Below are positions 36,878-46,329 of a stretch of 64,000 bases of DNA, in pieces; position 1 is the first letter of the stretch; each line of letters begins with the position of its first letter. This DNA comes from a virus, in the IMG/VR virus record IMGVR_UViG_3300020147_000065, positions 3,617 through 67,616 of that record; one strand, given 5' to 3'. The notes under the pieces were generated by a model. That model was not told the origin of the DNA, ran no database searches, and saw nothing but the letters and a program-made list of their open reading frames with translations. The translations under genes and the position numbers were made by a program.

Positions 36878-37164
36878 TTCACAGTCTCCACTTCTATTTC
36901 AAAGCAACCCACGGACATTCTTCTACCTTTATCGAACCGTTCAATGTCGGTGGCAAGAGGTTTTGGAATTTCACATACTTTAGTTCCTGTGAACGAATTA
37001 TCTGAACCCATCCAAAAATCCTCAGCAGGATATACTTGCCAACTACCACCTAATGTTCTATTAAGTGCTTTAGCTACCGGACAACATTCGGAATCACCTG
37101 GTACGGCATGAAGAATGTCACCAGGAGTAATAGAAACTTTAACTTTTTCTCTGGTCACTTTCAT
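36874..37164 (-). CDS. Hypothetical phage protein (CPVA-AL family)
   Basis: ITPGDI...[10 protein letters not shown]...IERFD. Confidence 0.7.
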   Translation of the reverse strand: MKVTREKVKVSITPGDILHAVPGDSECCPVAKALNRTLGGSWQVYPAEDFWMGSDNSFTGTKVCEIPKPLATDIERFDKGRRMSVGCFEIEVETVK

Positions 37165-37754
37165 TTCCTATTTCCTTTCAGAAGTTCAAGGTATTTCTCA
37201 TCTTGTAGCTCTTTCAACATGTTACAGAATAAGACACCTTGTTCAATAGCGTCGTCAAGTGCCTTGTGTGTATGACGATGACCTTTACCAAACCATCGGT
37301 TTGGCATATTCTTTTTGATAGACTGTCTGTAAGGTGTACCCATCATCGCCATCGCAAAGCTTTTGATGTCGAGAGCCGACCACGAGAAGGGGCTACGGCC
37401 AGCAAATCGAATCATATACCAATACATGAATAGAAAGTCAAAACCAGCAGGGTAGGCGACAAATACTGGCTTGTATTCTTTAAAGCTTTCTATCCATTCA
37501 ACATACCGTGTCATAGCATATTTAGGATCAGCAGGGTCTTCTCTACATGCTGCCCATGCTTCCGGTTGTGTCTCCCACCACTTCATCGTGTCAGGATCGC
37601 CTTGCGCATCAGGCAGTGTTTTGAGATTCATTTCAAAACATGCCAACATACTCCCATCCTCAGTAAAAGCAGCCGACGCAAAAGAAAGCATCGAGTGTGG
37701 ACCAGGAATCTTTCCGTCAGTCTCTATATCTGTCGAAAAGTAAAGTTCTTTCAT
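37161..37754 (-). CDS. DEDDh 3'-5' exo(ribo)nuclease
   Basis: [24 protein letters not shown]. Confidence 0.88.
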   Translation of the reverse strand: MKELYFSTDIETDGKIPGPHSMLSFASAAFTEDGSMLACFEMNLKTLPDAQGDPDTMKWWETQPEAWAACREDPADPKYAMTRYVEWIESFKEYKPVFVAYPAGFDFLFMYWYMIRFAGRSPFSWSALDIKSFAMAMMGTPYRQSIKKNMPNRWFGKGHRHTHKALDDAIEQGVLFCNMLKELQDEKYLELLKGNRK

Positions 37755-38122
37755 AAAAATTCCTCATTTCGTTTCTTGCGTCGTTCGAGGTTACGCGCTG
37801 TGCCGGATTTCTCTCGACCAGGACGTACCCATGCAATATCGTAATCGGATGCCGCAGTCATGGCGGCATCCTTAGCAGTTTGTGAAGGATACTCACCACG
37901 GGTGGGAAATCCTGCATTGTTTCTCGGCGTCTGGTGGGTGTGATAAATTATTGCATGACCACATAGAGCCTTAATTAGATACTGGGCCATTTTATCGGCC
38001 CCGGCAGCATCACCAATAACAAATGTATGATGAAGGGTGATCGCATCATTTATCTGGTCACAGTAATGCTGCTCAAATTCTTCCTGGGTCAGGTCTAAAT
38101 GACCACTAACAAAAGCTATCAC
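37751..38122 (-). CDS. SLOG/Rossmann-like hypothetical protein
   Basis: [25 protein letters not shown]. Confidence 0.55.
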   Translation of the reverse strand: MIAFVSGHLDLTQEEFEQHYCDQINDAITLHHTFVIGDAAGADKMAQYLIKALCGHAIIYHTHQTPRNNAGFPTRGEYPSQTAKDAAMTAASDYDIAWVRPGREKSGTARNLERRKKRNEEFL

Positions 38123-38325
38123 TCAATTTCCTTTCTCATTATTAGATAGCCAAACGCTATGAATACATTTAACATGGCCCATAGCGAGAACAAGAATGAT
38201 AGCTCGAATCGCAACATAAGGCGGGTAAACAAATCAATATTTGCGGTTCTGACTACATATTCAAAGGTGGCCACGGGGGATAAAATAAAAACAGCCAGAA
38301 GAAGTTGAAGAACTAAACTTTTCAT
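38119..38325 (-). CDS. Small membrane protein
   Basis: Two hydrophobic segments. Confidence 0.55.
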   Translation of the reverse strand: MKSLVLQLLLAVFILSPVATFEYVVRTANIDLFTRLMLRFELSFLFSLWAMLNVFIAFGYLIMRKEIE

Positions 38326-38825
38326 AATTCATCCGCCAGACTTTTGATCCACTCGTAATCATCCTGAGTATAACCAAAACGCTCTTTGTTTATCTCGATT
38401 GATTTGTAGATGTCTCCAGTGATATGTTTGCGACAGGCCGCTCTCCAGTCACAGACCATTTCAATTCTATCTAATGCACACATTCTATTGTATGCCTGTC
38501 CATCCTCAATATCTTCATCTTTTAAAAGGTAATATTGAGGATGGTGTGAATTGTGAGCATAATGATGAACAAGAGATTTAGCAACACTTCCAAGTGATTC
38601 TTTGTATGCATCAGAACCATAATCCGACTCCCGTGGATAGCTTGTACGTGCAAATGCTTCTGCTTCTACCCATTGATACTTACTCATATCATGCATTATA
38701 GCTCTCCACATTAGCTTTGCACAAACTCGTGTCATGTAATAGACAACCCAAAACTTATGTATTGTAGTTTGATACTGGGTTACCACATAACCTTTCCACG
38801 GGAATGATTTTAGATTCTCCACCAC
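38322..38825 (-). CDS. HD-like (DUF5662-type) protein
   Basis: HKFWV, HDMSK, HHYAHNSHHP, EMVCDW. Confidence 0.8.
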   Translation of the reverse strand: MVENLKSFPWKGYVVTQYQTTIHKFWVVYYMTRVCAKLMWRAIMHDMSKYQWVEAEAFARTSYPRESDYGSDAYKESLGSVAKSLVHHYAHNSHHPQYYLLKDEDIEDGQAYNRMCALDRIEMVCDWRAACRKHITGDIYKSIEINKERFGYTQDDYEWIKSLADEL

Positions 38826-39340
38826 GGTTTACTCACTTTCTTTTCTTTGTCTTTTTCGTCCAGTTCTGCTTTGGCTGCTCTACGTCTGGTTTCTTCCTCT
38901 GCTTCAAGCTGATACTCACGATATTTTGACATCGTGTATCTTTCATCTTCAAGGAAAGATACATAGCTTAGTAAATCATATACAGAACGGTTCTGGTCCA
39001 TGTAAAGAAATGCTTCATTATAGAAATGGTCATATCCTGCTCGTGGAAAATAAGCGAATAAGGTTTTTCTTTCGCCGTGAGGGCAAACTTCAAACTTTCG
39101 TCCTTCGTAAGTGAAAGCTACCGATCTATCCTCGGATTTATATCGAGTTACCTCTTCCAATTCTCTCGCATTGAACTTTGCGTTTTCGAGAAATGTCTCA
39201 AAGGAAATCTCATAAAAAATTTTATTAAAAGACTGCCAACAGGTATGCTTAACAGCTAATTCATTATCTTTATAAGCCTTTTCTTTGTTGGCAAAGGCCC
39301 ACTGGTCAATAGGTCTTTCGTTAATTGATTCATCAGTCAT
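38810..39340 (-). CDS. Hypothetical protein
   Basis: ORF track. Confidence 0.65.
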   Translation of the reverse strand: MTDESINERPIDQWAFANKEKAYKDNELAVKHTCWQSFNKIFYEISFETFLENAKFNARELEEVTRYKSEDRSVAFTYEGRKFEVCPHGERKTLFAYFPRAGYDHFYNEAFLYMDQNRSVYDLLSYVSFLEDERYTMSKYREYQLEAEEETRRRAAKAELDEKDKEKKVSKPWWRI

Positions 39341-39926
39341 AACGAACTATACCCCCTTCTCCACCTAAACGAGCAATATAAAACGGTGCGCTGGTGGTCA
39401 TACAGTGCTTATTAGCCGCCTTGAGTGCGTTAAGCATTGTAGCTACTGGTGGGCAACCAATTTGATAAGTTGCGGCGAGGGCGCCCATCATAAAATCCTG
39501 ACCGGAAGCATCCGCCCAGTATTCGGTAATCTCATCTACGTCAAACTCTTTATCAATCACAAAGAGTTTGTCACGATAACCTAACATGAAGATAGTGTTG
39601 CTGCCACCCACGCGGTTACGCATCTCAGCCAAAGCACCATGATCTTCAAGTAAATCTCTAAAAACAGGCAACCATTCAGCCACGATAAATTCTTCTACAC
39701 CCATATTATCTGGATGCTTTACCTGACCGATTACATGCTTCCAGATTGCTGCTGCTCTCCCGTGGCCAGCATAAGCCACGAGCATTTCATCTTTTTGTTC
39801 GGGACCATTTTTATGGATGAACAACTTACCTGCTACGGTTGAAATCATTGCTTCATCAGTAATAGCAGAGTCAGCACCCATTACTATTCCGGTTGTGGTC
39901 ACCATTCCTGCAATTAAACTCATCAT
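39333..39926 (-). CDS. Ntn-hydrolase (HslV/proteasome beta-like) protein
   Basis: SLIAG...VMGADS, GKLF, AYAG, ASGQDFMMGAL, AANKH...SAPF. Confidence 0.75.
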   Translation of the reverse strand: MMSLIAGMVTTTGIVMGADSAITDEAMISTVAGKLFIHKNGPEQKDEMLVAYAGHGRAAAIWKHVIGQVKHPDNMGVEEFIVAEWLPVFRDLLEDHGALAEMRNRVGGSNTIFMLGYRDKLFVIDKEFDVDEITEYWADASGQDFMMGALAATYQIGCPPVATMLNALKAANKHCMTTSAPFYIARLGGEGGIVRYD

Positions 39927-39944
39927 TTTCTCCCATCAAGACAG

Positions 39945-39983
39945 ATTATACAGCAAAAAGGGGAGGCTGTCAAGCCTCCCCTT
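39945..39983 (-). promoter_or_regulatory. sigma70 promoter with -35 box in the loop of a terminator-like hairpin
   Basis: AAGGGGAGGCT-TGAC-AGCCTCCCCTT followed by TTT; TTGACA-N17-TATAAT. Confidence 0.8.
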
Positions 39984-39985
39984 CC

Positions 39986-40552
39986 TCAGTGTACGTCACT
40001 TGTTGGACGTTTCCCAAATGTTCTAACCACATGGTCAAGACTCGCTTCGTATTCTTTAACCTCTTCTTCCTTCTTGCGTGTAACAATTCCACAAACAATC
40101 ATTGCGGCAAACGCAGAAGTCATAAGGTCAAGCGCGAGGCTCGGACCAATTGAAGGAAAATGAGAATCAAGATGACTTAAAATGACTCCTGTTTGATTCT
40201 TTAGAATCCCAGCACATTGAGCGGTTGTGTAACTTTTCCATAGGTAAGCTCTTTGTGGAATAACATTGTGAGAAAATTGTCTCAATGTTTCTTCATCTTG
40301 CTCCAACCTAAGTGCCCTGTAAGCGATTGCAGCCACTTTCCTAAAGGCACATAGCGCACGATGATCGCCAGCAAACTTAACCCAAAGAAGGCAACTCTCT
40401 TCCGCGTAGACATTTGCCATAACCATATAGTCCGCAAGCGTCTTAGAAGAACCGTCAGTTCGGTCGCCGCCAAGTGCATTCTGATATTCGATTTCATCCG
40501 TGACGGCATCTAAAATCTCCTCAATTAGAGCACCGTATTCATTCTGGCTCAT
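39986..40552 (-). CDS. Hypothetical protein
   Basis: ORF track; likely start MSQNEY after GGAG. Confidence 0.6.
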   Translation of the reverse strand: MSQNEYGALIEEILDAVTDEIEYQNALGGDRTDGSSKTLADYMVMANVYAEESCLLWVKFAGDHRALCAFRKVAAIAYRALRLEQDEETLRQFSHNVIPQRAYLWKSYTTAQCAGILKNQTGVILSHLDSHFPSIGPSLALDLMTSAFAAMIVCGIVTRKKEEEVKEYEASLDHVVRTFGKRPTSDVH

Positions 40553-41432
40553 CGGTGGACTCTCCCTTCTTCTGCGCAATTTCACGCGCAATACATTGTT
40601 GATTCCAGGCAGAGGTAGGATAACTTTTCATAAAGTCACCATCTGCCTCACTGGTTTTCTTCATGAAAGCAAAGTAAGCAGCATGGACGCGCTGAGGAGG
40701 TGTTAACACCGCGGTTTGCTCAATGAGTCCAGAACTCAGTGCAGCATCCATGATTTCTTCTTCGGTAAGAGTAAGATTACTTTCATTTGGATTACCTTCA
40801 AGAGCATCAATAATATCAGAAAGATACTTTACTCTATCTTGACCATTGAAAGATGCCATATCATAAGCACGTTTAGCAAGTTCATTTGAGGCTTCCGCTG
40901 TCCACAGGATTTCGGGATCATATCCCTTCAACCATCTTTGTATAAACTTGGAAGTATCAGCAATAATAGATTCGTAGGCTTCAGCCTCAGCTTTACCAAT
41001 ACGATTACTCATTTTGAATCCTTTGTCAGACAACTTGATTGTTTGCCAGCGTACTCGGCCCTCCTGAATACACCGTTTAATTTTTCTCTCGGTGGGCGTC
41101 AGTTGAGCGTTGCCGGTTTTCACGTCAACAAAAACAATCTCATTAATATCAGCATCATTTTCCCTGGCCGCGCTCATTCCATCAATAACTACGTAATCGA
41201 ATGGGCTACCAAAATGTTTACAATCTGAACCTAACCACGGCCAACCCTGCATAACAGGACCCATTTCTTCCCATAGTTGACCTTTAACTACATAGCGTTG
41301 CTTGTTCAAGGCATCAGCTATTTTCTTTTTCAGTTCCTTATCCCACTTTTTATCTATGAGCCATTTAACGAGGAGGCCAGTCAAAGTAGCGGTAACAAGG
41401 ATACTTGCGCCTAAGATTATGTAAGATACCAT
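40539..41432 (-). CDS. Membrane-anchored Holliday-junction-resolvase-like endonuclease fused to an extra C-terminal domain
   Basis: TM helix, KGQLWEEMGP, GSPFDYVVIDG, IVFVDVKTG..L...E..I...I..G.V.W. Confidence 0.8.
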   Translation of the reverse strand: MVSYIILGASILVTATLTGLLVKWLIDKKWDKELKKKIADALNKQRYVVKGQLWEEMGPVMQGWPWLGSDCKHFGSPFDYVVIDGMSAARENDADINEIVFVDVKTGNAQLTPTERKIKRCIQEGRVRWQTIKLSDKGFKMSNRIGKAEAEAYESIIADTSKFIQRWLKGYDPEILWTAEASNELAKRAYDMASFNGQDRVKYLSDIIDALEGNPNESNLTLTEEEIMDAALSSGLIEQTAVLTPPQRVHAAYFAFMKKTSEADGDFMKSYPTSAWNQQCIAREIAQKKGESTDEPE

Positions 41433-41638
41433 TTTCTATTTCCCTTTTAGGGTTGTAACCCATCCTCTGGCCCAGCCTTGAGATGGCTGGGCCAATTACT
41501 ACAAAGTATAACACAAGTAGCAGGACGATTACAAGTACCATTTTAGAAGTGACTCTTACAGATTATGCAACCATAACTAAAACCCAATGCAACAGGACAA
41601 TTAGAAGGACAGCAGCAACGGCTGCGGCCCCAGCTAAT

Positions 41639-42214
41639 TTAAAGAAGTTTCTTCTGTTCATTTTTCTCATCCAATCTATCACAATGAGCAACAAGAATAG
41701 TAAACACAGATAACATTTTCTGTTGCTTGTTTAACTCCGAACCTTTAGGTGCAATAAACATTTGATATGCGCGTTGTTTTATTGTCTCATGAGTAACAGA
41801 AATACCATAAGGATATAGTGCTCTTGTGTTTCCAATCAAGCCAGAAATAATATTCTGGGCAACTCTTTCCCGTGGATAGCCTGTGTCGTCTGACATATCA
41901 ACAATCATATTCCAGCAGGAATCAGCCATACCTGAAGCTTCTTCTTTCGGGAATTTATATGCAGTAGCAAGAAGGCTGTAAAAAATACCTTTTGTTTTAA
42001 CATCCAAAGGAATATCTTTATATACCTCTGGATGCAATGCCATTAAAAAGCACTGCTCGGCGGTTAAACCTAAAACTTCTTCCGTTTGAGGTAATGGTTT
42101 TGGTTTATCTCTTTCTGCATTCTGTTCTTCAAGATATTTAATACCTTGATTCATTGGTAATGCTAAGAAGGTTGTTAGCATTGTTGATTTTGTGAGAAAC
42201 TCTCTTCTATTCAT
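41639..42214 (-). CDS. Twin-arginine signal protein with tape-measure-like domain
   Basis: MNRREFL; C-terminal ...ISGLIGNTRALYPYGISVT...ELNKQQK. Confidence 0.65.
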   Translation of the reverse strand: MNRREFLTKSTMLTTFLALPMNQGIKYLEEQNAERDKPKPLPQTEEVLGLTAEQCFLMALHPEVYKDIPLDVKTKGIFYSLLATAYKFPKEEASGMADSCWNMIVDMSDDTGYPRERVAQNIISGLIGNTRALYPYGISVTHETIKQRAYQMFIAPKGSELNKQQKMLSVFTILVAHCDRLDEKNEQKKLL

Positions 42215-42419
42215 TATCTCTCCTCATTTCACCCACCGCTAAAGAAACTGCAAACCAAAAGACAACTAAGATAGTTGCACAGCTAATTACCGAACCAATC
42301 TGATTCACAACATCTTTAGTTTGTCCGTAATACACATAAAATGCGTAAGCAGAATAGATGATAGACAAACTAATCATCAAAATCGACAAAGTCGCTAATA
42401 TTTTACGTAACATTATCAT
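42207..42419 (-). CDS. Small two-TM membrane protein
   Basis: Hydrophobic segments. Confidence 0.6.
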   Translation of the reverse strand: MIMLRKILATLSILMISLSIIYSAYAFYVYYGQTKDVVNQIGSVISCATILVVFWFAVSLAVGEMRRDNE

Positions 42420-42895
42420 CCTTTCTGTAACTCAAACAAGTCAACTATCTCTTGCACCTTTTCTAAAGTTAAACCTTGTTGGGGATCAGTCCTGACAAGA
42501 TTGGTAACTTTACCACCTAATTGTTCATCCGACATATCATCAACTACAACGAATTGATTGATATGTTTATGTTCAATGTAGGTTTTGATTTGTTTATCTC
42601 GTCCAGCAAGTGCTTCATCAGAACACGTATGACCGATTAGCTTACCACGGGCATTGGCTCCCGCAATCAAAAGAATATATTCAAATCCTTTAAGGCTGAC
42701 ATCGCAGCCGAGAATCATATATCTCCATGCAGAGCTAAGGACAATTCGCATTTCAGGGATTTTCTCGAAAAGCACATTGAGATTTTCTATGCAGTCTTGT
42801 CTTAATCCACAGTAACCATTCGGCCACCTTTCGTGACCATTTAGAACGCCGTCGCAGTCGAGAAACAGGATAGGTATGTTCGTCAGTCTTTGCAT
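42416..42895 (-). CDS. HAD-family phosphatase (HAD_SAK_2-like)
   Basis: LFLDCDGVLN, IVLSSAWR, FVVVDD, TDPQQGLT. Confidence 0.88.
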   Translation of the reverse strand: MQRLTNIPILFLDCDGVLNGHERWPNGYCGLRQDCIENLNVLFEKIPEMRIVLSSAWRYMILGCDVSLKGFEYILLIAGANARGKLIGHTCSDEALAGRDKQIKTYIEHKHINQFVVVDDMSDEQLGGKVTNLVRTDPQQGLTLEKVQEIVDLFELQKG

Positions 42896-43044
42896 TTTTT
42901 CGTACCTTATAAGGGAAATGACATTCTTCCCATTCTTTAATTGTTGGTGGTGGACACGGCATCAGGATACCACCTTAATTAACCATGTGGCTAATAAAAA
43001 ACCAAGAATCAAACCACCAAGGAAAGCGCAGAAAACTATTCCTG

Positions 43045-43668
43045 TCAAGTTGGCCACCAACCCATGAAAATAATACCAATTTCCGCGTCTGACTCCAGTA
43101 AATTCTTGCGGACTCGATTGATTATCGGACAACCATAATTTTCAAGTTTAGGATCGAAGTGTGGGGTGTAAATATCGAGTCCGGTTATGATAACCCCAGG
43201 TTGAAGCATATCAAAGGCTTCAAGTAGATTATCACCAAAAACTTTAGTGTGTAACCGAGCACCATCAATATTCCAGGTGTCACGCATGATCTGATAGTCA
43301 ACAATTTTACCATATTCATCGTGGATTTCTCGTAAATCCTGCTGATGCTCTGGATTCATTTCTGAGAAGAAATATTTTGTACCATTAATATCTATTACTA
43401 ATGGAAACTGTTGATTAGCTAAACCTTTTACGGGATTATGGCGAGGAGATAGTTTATCAGGAATTATTTGTGGAGGTTGAGTGACCTCTGATACTTCTTC
43501 AATGTCATCTTCCAATTCCCATTCATCATCAGATAAATCTAATTCCTCTACCTCTTCAACAGAGGGAAGAGGCTTCAAAGCCTCTTCCGCATCGCTTATT
43601 TTAGCCGCCACTAAAGTAGCAGGAATAATCCCAAAAAGTCGTAAGAATCCACGTCTATTGATATTCAT
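43045..43668 (-). CDS. Twin-arginine signal protein, acidic linker, unknown domain
   Basis: MNINRRGFLRLFGIIPATLVAAK. Confidence 0.7.
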   Translation of the reverse strand: MNINRRGFLRLFGIIPATLVAAKISDAEEALKPLPSVEEVEELDLSDDEWELEDDIEEVSEVTQPPQIIPDKLSPRHNPVKGLANQQFPLVIDINGTKYFFSEMNPEHQQDLREIHDEYGKIVDYQIMRDTWNIDGARLHTKVFGDNLLEAFDMLQPGVIITGLDIYTPHFDPKLENYGCPIINRVRKNLLESDAEIGIIFMGWWPT

Positions 43669-44126
43669 TATGGTCCCTGTAAAATTGGCGTTGGGTCATT
43701 CAATGCACTTACCGAATAAGTAAACATGTCATTATGGCCCTTCGCGTGTTCGATTGCCATTGGGATCAACCATTTGAGGTTGGGAACGGTTGGTTCTTTC
43801 TCTAAATTGGAAACTTCGATGAATGTAATCTTTTCATCGGTTAACGTCTCAAATTTATTCCAATCCTCTCTGACAACATAAAAGAAATATAATTCGGTTC
43901 CATGAGGAAAGTCTAATTTCATCAAGGGTTTCCATTCATCCCAGGGAATATTTAAACCACATTCCTCACGAACCTCTCTGGCTACGGCATCAACAGCAAA
44001 CTCGAAAGGTTCAATCTTGCCACCAATCCCATTTAATAAACCGGCTTGCCACGCCGGGCGATTCTTCTCCACCAGAGTTACTGCCTGTAATTCTGGTGAG
44101 AAGATAAATCCTACAACATACCGCAT
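43668..44126 (-). CDS. Nudix hydrolase
   Basis: NGIGGKIEPFEFAVDAVAREVREECGL Nudix box. Confidence 0.92.
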   Translation of the reverse strand: MRYVVGFIFSPELQAVTLVEKNRPAWQAGLLNGIGGKIEPFEFAVDAVAREVREECGLNIPWDEWKPLMKLDFPHGTELYFFYVVREDWNKFETLTDEKITFIEVSNLEKEPTVPNLKWLIPMAIEHAKGHNDMFTYSVSALNDPTPILQGP

Positions 44127-44881
44127 AAATCCTCCTTCATTGCTACCTGATAACGAGCCTTATTGATGAACGGAGTATAAGCACTCAATAAAATGTTGTT
44201 AGCCAATTCATCATCAAACTTACGATCCATAAATTGAGATTCTTTAAATGCTTCATCAAACTTCTCGTAAGCATTTTCCATCATTGTTTTTACTTCTTCT
44301 GGTTTAAAAGTAAGAGGGTTACACTTTAAATTCCAACAGATGTTCATGTGTCTCTTTGGTTTAACTGTGAATACCCCCGTGGTTAGCAGGTTAATAGCAG
44401 ATTCCGAAAGTCGCATGACGTGATAAGCTGGTTTGTTAGCATATCCATATTTTGAAATCATTTCTGCTCTTGCTTTACCTTCTTCGGCTTTTCCACTCGC
44501 GTTAAAAACAGCCTGGATTTGATTTCTTAGATAACCATCAAACCCACCAGCAACCTTTCTAACATCTGTCAACCTTTCCCGATTGCGACGAACGACATCG
44601 AATAACGGTGTTGTTACCTCAAAAGCATCGTCCGGTGCCCATAGTGCTTCGAGAGCAGGTGTTGCTCCACCTTTTATTTTGGTAAGAAACTCACGAAGTT
44701 CAGAGTAATCTACATCCACCTCGCTGTTTTGCTTAACAAGATGTTTGTTTTGAGTATGTTCTATACCAAGTATTTTTGAAATTTCAGTATTGAGAAAAAC
44801 ACCACGTTCATCAATATCTGACTCAGGAGTAGCAAGACCATATAAATAGCTACCCCCTCGAAATTTAGCCAAGATAATCAT
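44111..44881 (-). CDS. Pol-beta superfamily nucleotidyltransferase (RlaP/YcgL-like)
   Basis: GGSYLYGLATPESDIDERGVF; K.AYHVMRL. Confidence 0.88.
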   Translation of the reverse strand: MIILAKFRGGSYLYGLATPESDIDERGVFLNTEISKILGIEHTQNKHLVKQNSEVDVDYSELREFLTKIKGGATPALEALWAPDDAFEVTTPLFDVVRRNRERLTDVRKVAGGFDGYLRNQIQAVFNASGKAEEGKARAEMISKYGYANKPAYHVMRLSESAINLLTTGVFTVKPKRHMNICWNLKCNPLTFKPEEVKTMMENAYEKFDEAFKESQFMDRKFDDELANNILLSAYTPFINKARYQVAMKEDLCGML

Positions 44882-45311
44882 TATTAATCTTCTCCCTTAT
44901 TTTCTTCTTATTGATACTCCATCCGTGTGCATCAAGATAATCAAGAGCAAGAGTAACATCAAGAACTCGTAAAAAATTGGCAGTAAATAGATACCACACA
45001 AGACCGAATACCACAGTGGTTTGAAACAATTCATTTCCACTGTGGCATCCTATCATATCAGCAGCTTGAAGTAAATGAATGACTCCAAACGCCAAAAACA
45101 ACCATATAAACATGAAGAATGGAAATGTATTTTCATCACACATTCCAACCCACGGTTTAAAGCAACGAGCCTGAATATATGTTAGCCAGGAAGACTTGTC
45201 AATTTTATTCCTTGCTGACTCAAGCGACTTAACCATCAACTTCTCACGATTAGAGCAACCTACTTTCCTACCCAATAAGGCGCTCATACCGCTATGTGGA
45301 ACGTAACGCAT
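44865..45311 (-). CDS. Membrane protein
   Basis: Two TM segments. Confidence 0.6.
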   Translation of the reverse strand: MRYVPHSGMSALLGRKVGCSNREKLMVKSLESARNKIDKSSWLTYIQARCFKPWVGMCDENTFPFFMFIWLFLAFGVIHLLQAADMIGCHSGNELFQTTVVFGLVWYLFTANFLRVLDVTLALDYLDAHGWSINKKKIREKINNDYLG

Positions 45312-45375
45312 GTCGTCCCCCCGTTTACTTCAATTTGCTTATATGACTATTTTGGTTTAGTAGCGTTCGACATCA

Positions 45376-46287
45376 TTACAAATCAGTATCGTCTGGTCGC
45401 TCCAAAGCTTCGCCAACTACTAACACTCCAGCAAAACCTTTTTCCTCGCACCATTGCTCAACCCTTGGCCATGTTGGTTGGTCGGCTCCTACTGGGCCGA
45501 CCAGTTTAGCAAGTTGCATATCTGAATAATGGTAAAGATACATTCGGCGCTTTACTTCGGCAGGGAGAGAACATAACTCCTCAACCGAAGCATGAACCAA
45601 ACCCTTACCTTCAAACTGGCAATCGTGTAGGATAACGATGTTTTGTTCAGAAGCAAAAGCGACAATTAACGCCGGATCGAATTGAGTATCTCCACTGATG
45701 AACAATTCCTCATTCACTAAGAGTCCAGAAGACCACATATAATACTGAGACATTTTAGCCAAACCACGGGGTGGTGGTCCACCTGGTGTATGCTTGGTCT
45801 GAAATGCAAGAAGTTTAAACCCTTCCCATTCAATTCCGTAACATTCACGATAACTGGTAGGGTCACATTCCTGTCGCTCCATTCTAATTATCTCAGCGTA
45901 ATCATCCAGATTGAGATAAGGAAATTCTGCTTTGTAAAGACCACCCTTCAAAGTTTCTTCCCAGAGAGGAGTAAGAATTGGTTCAGGAGCGAGAAGCTTG
46001 ACACGCTTCTTCGCCATATAACGGGCAGCAAACAATACCTCACCAAAGCCATAGCAGTGGTCAGGATGTGTATGTGTAATGTAATATGCATCGAAATCAG
46101 CGATGTTGATTCCATCGGACTTCAGCGCGTCAGGAACATTGGCACCACAATCCACCAGAATTGTCTTACCGTGGTAAGCCAGGATAAAACTGCTGTTGGT
46201 CTGAGACGCGAACGCACTGCCGACGCCCACCGGAGTCACGATGAGTCGGTCTTCGCTATCAATGCGAATCTGCTCTAAAGTATTCAT
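45376..46287 (-). CDS. MBL-fold metallo-hydrolase, Apyc1 (anti-Pycsar)-like
   Basis: GVGSAF, LVDCG, ITHTHPDH, LWEETLKGGL, SGDTQFD, HDCQ...VHAS.EEL..LP...MYLYHYSD. Confidence 0.8.
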   Translation of the reverse strand: MNTLEQIRIDSEDRLIVTPVGVGSAFASQTNSSFILAYHGKTILVDCGANVPDALKSDGINIADFDAYYITHTHPDHCYGFGEVLFAARYMAKKRVKLLAPEPILTPLWEETLKGGLYKAEFPYLNLDDYAEIIRMERQECDPTSYRECYGIEWEGFKLLAFQTKHTPGGPPPRGLAKMSQYYMWSSGLLVNEELFISGDTQFDPALIVAFASEQNIVILHDCQFEGKGLVHASVEELCSLPAEVKRRMYLYHYSDMQLAKLVGPVGADQPTWPRVEQWCEEKGFAGVLVVGEALERPDDTDL

Positions 46288-46297
46288 CTTGGTTGTA

Positions 46298-46326
46298 ATT
46301 ATACACGAACCCAAGAGGTATGTCAA
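46298..46326 (-). promoter_or_regulatory. sigma70 consensus promoter
   Basis: TTGACA-N17-TATAAT. Confidence 0.85.
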
Positions 46327-46329
46327 GAC

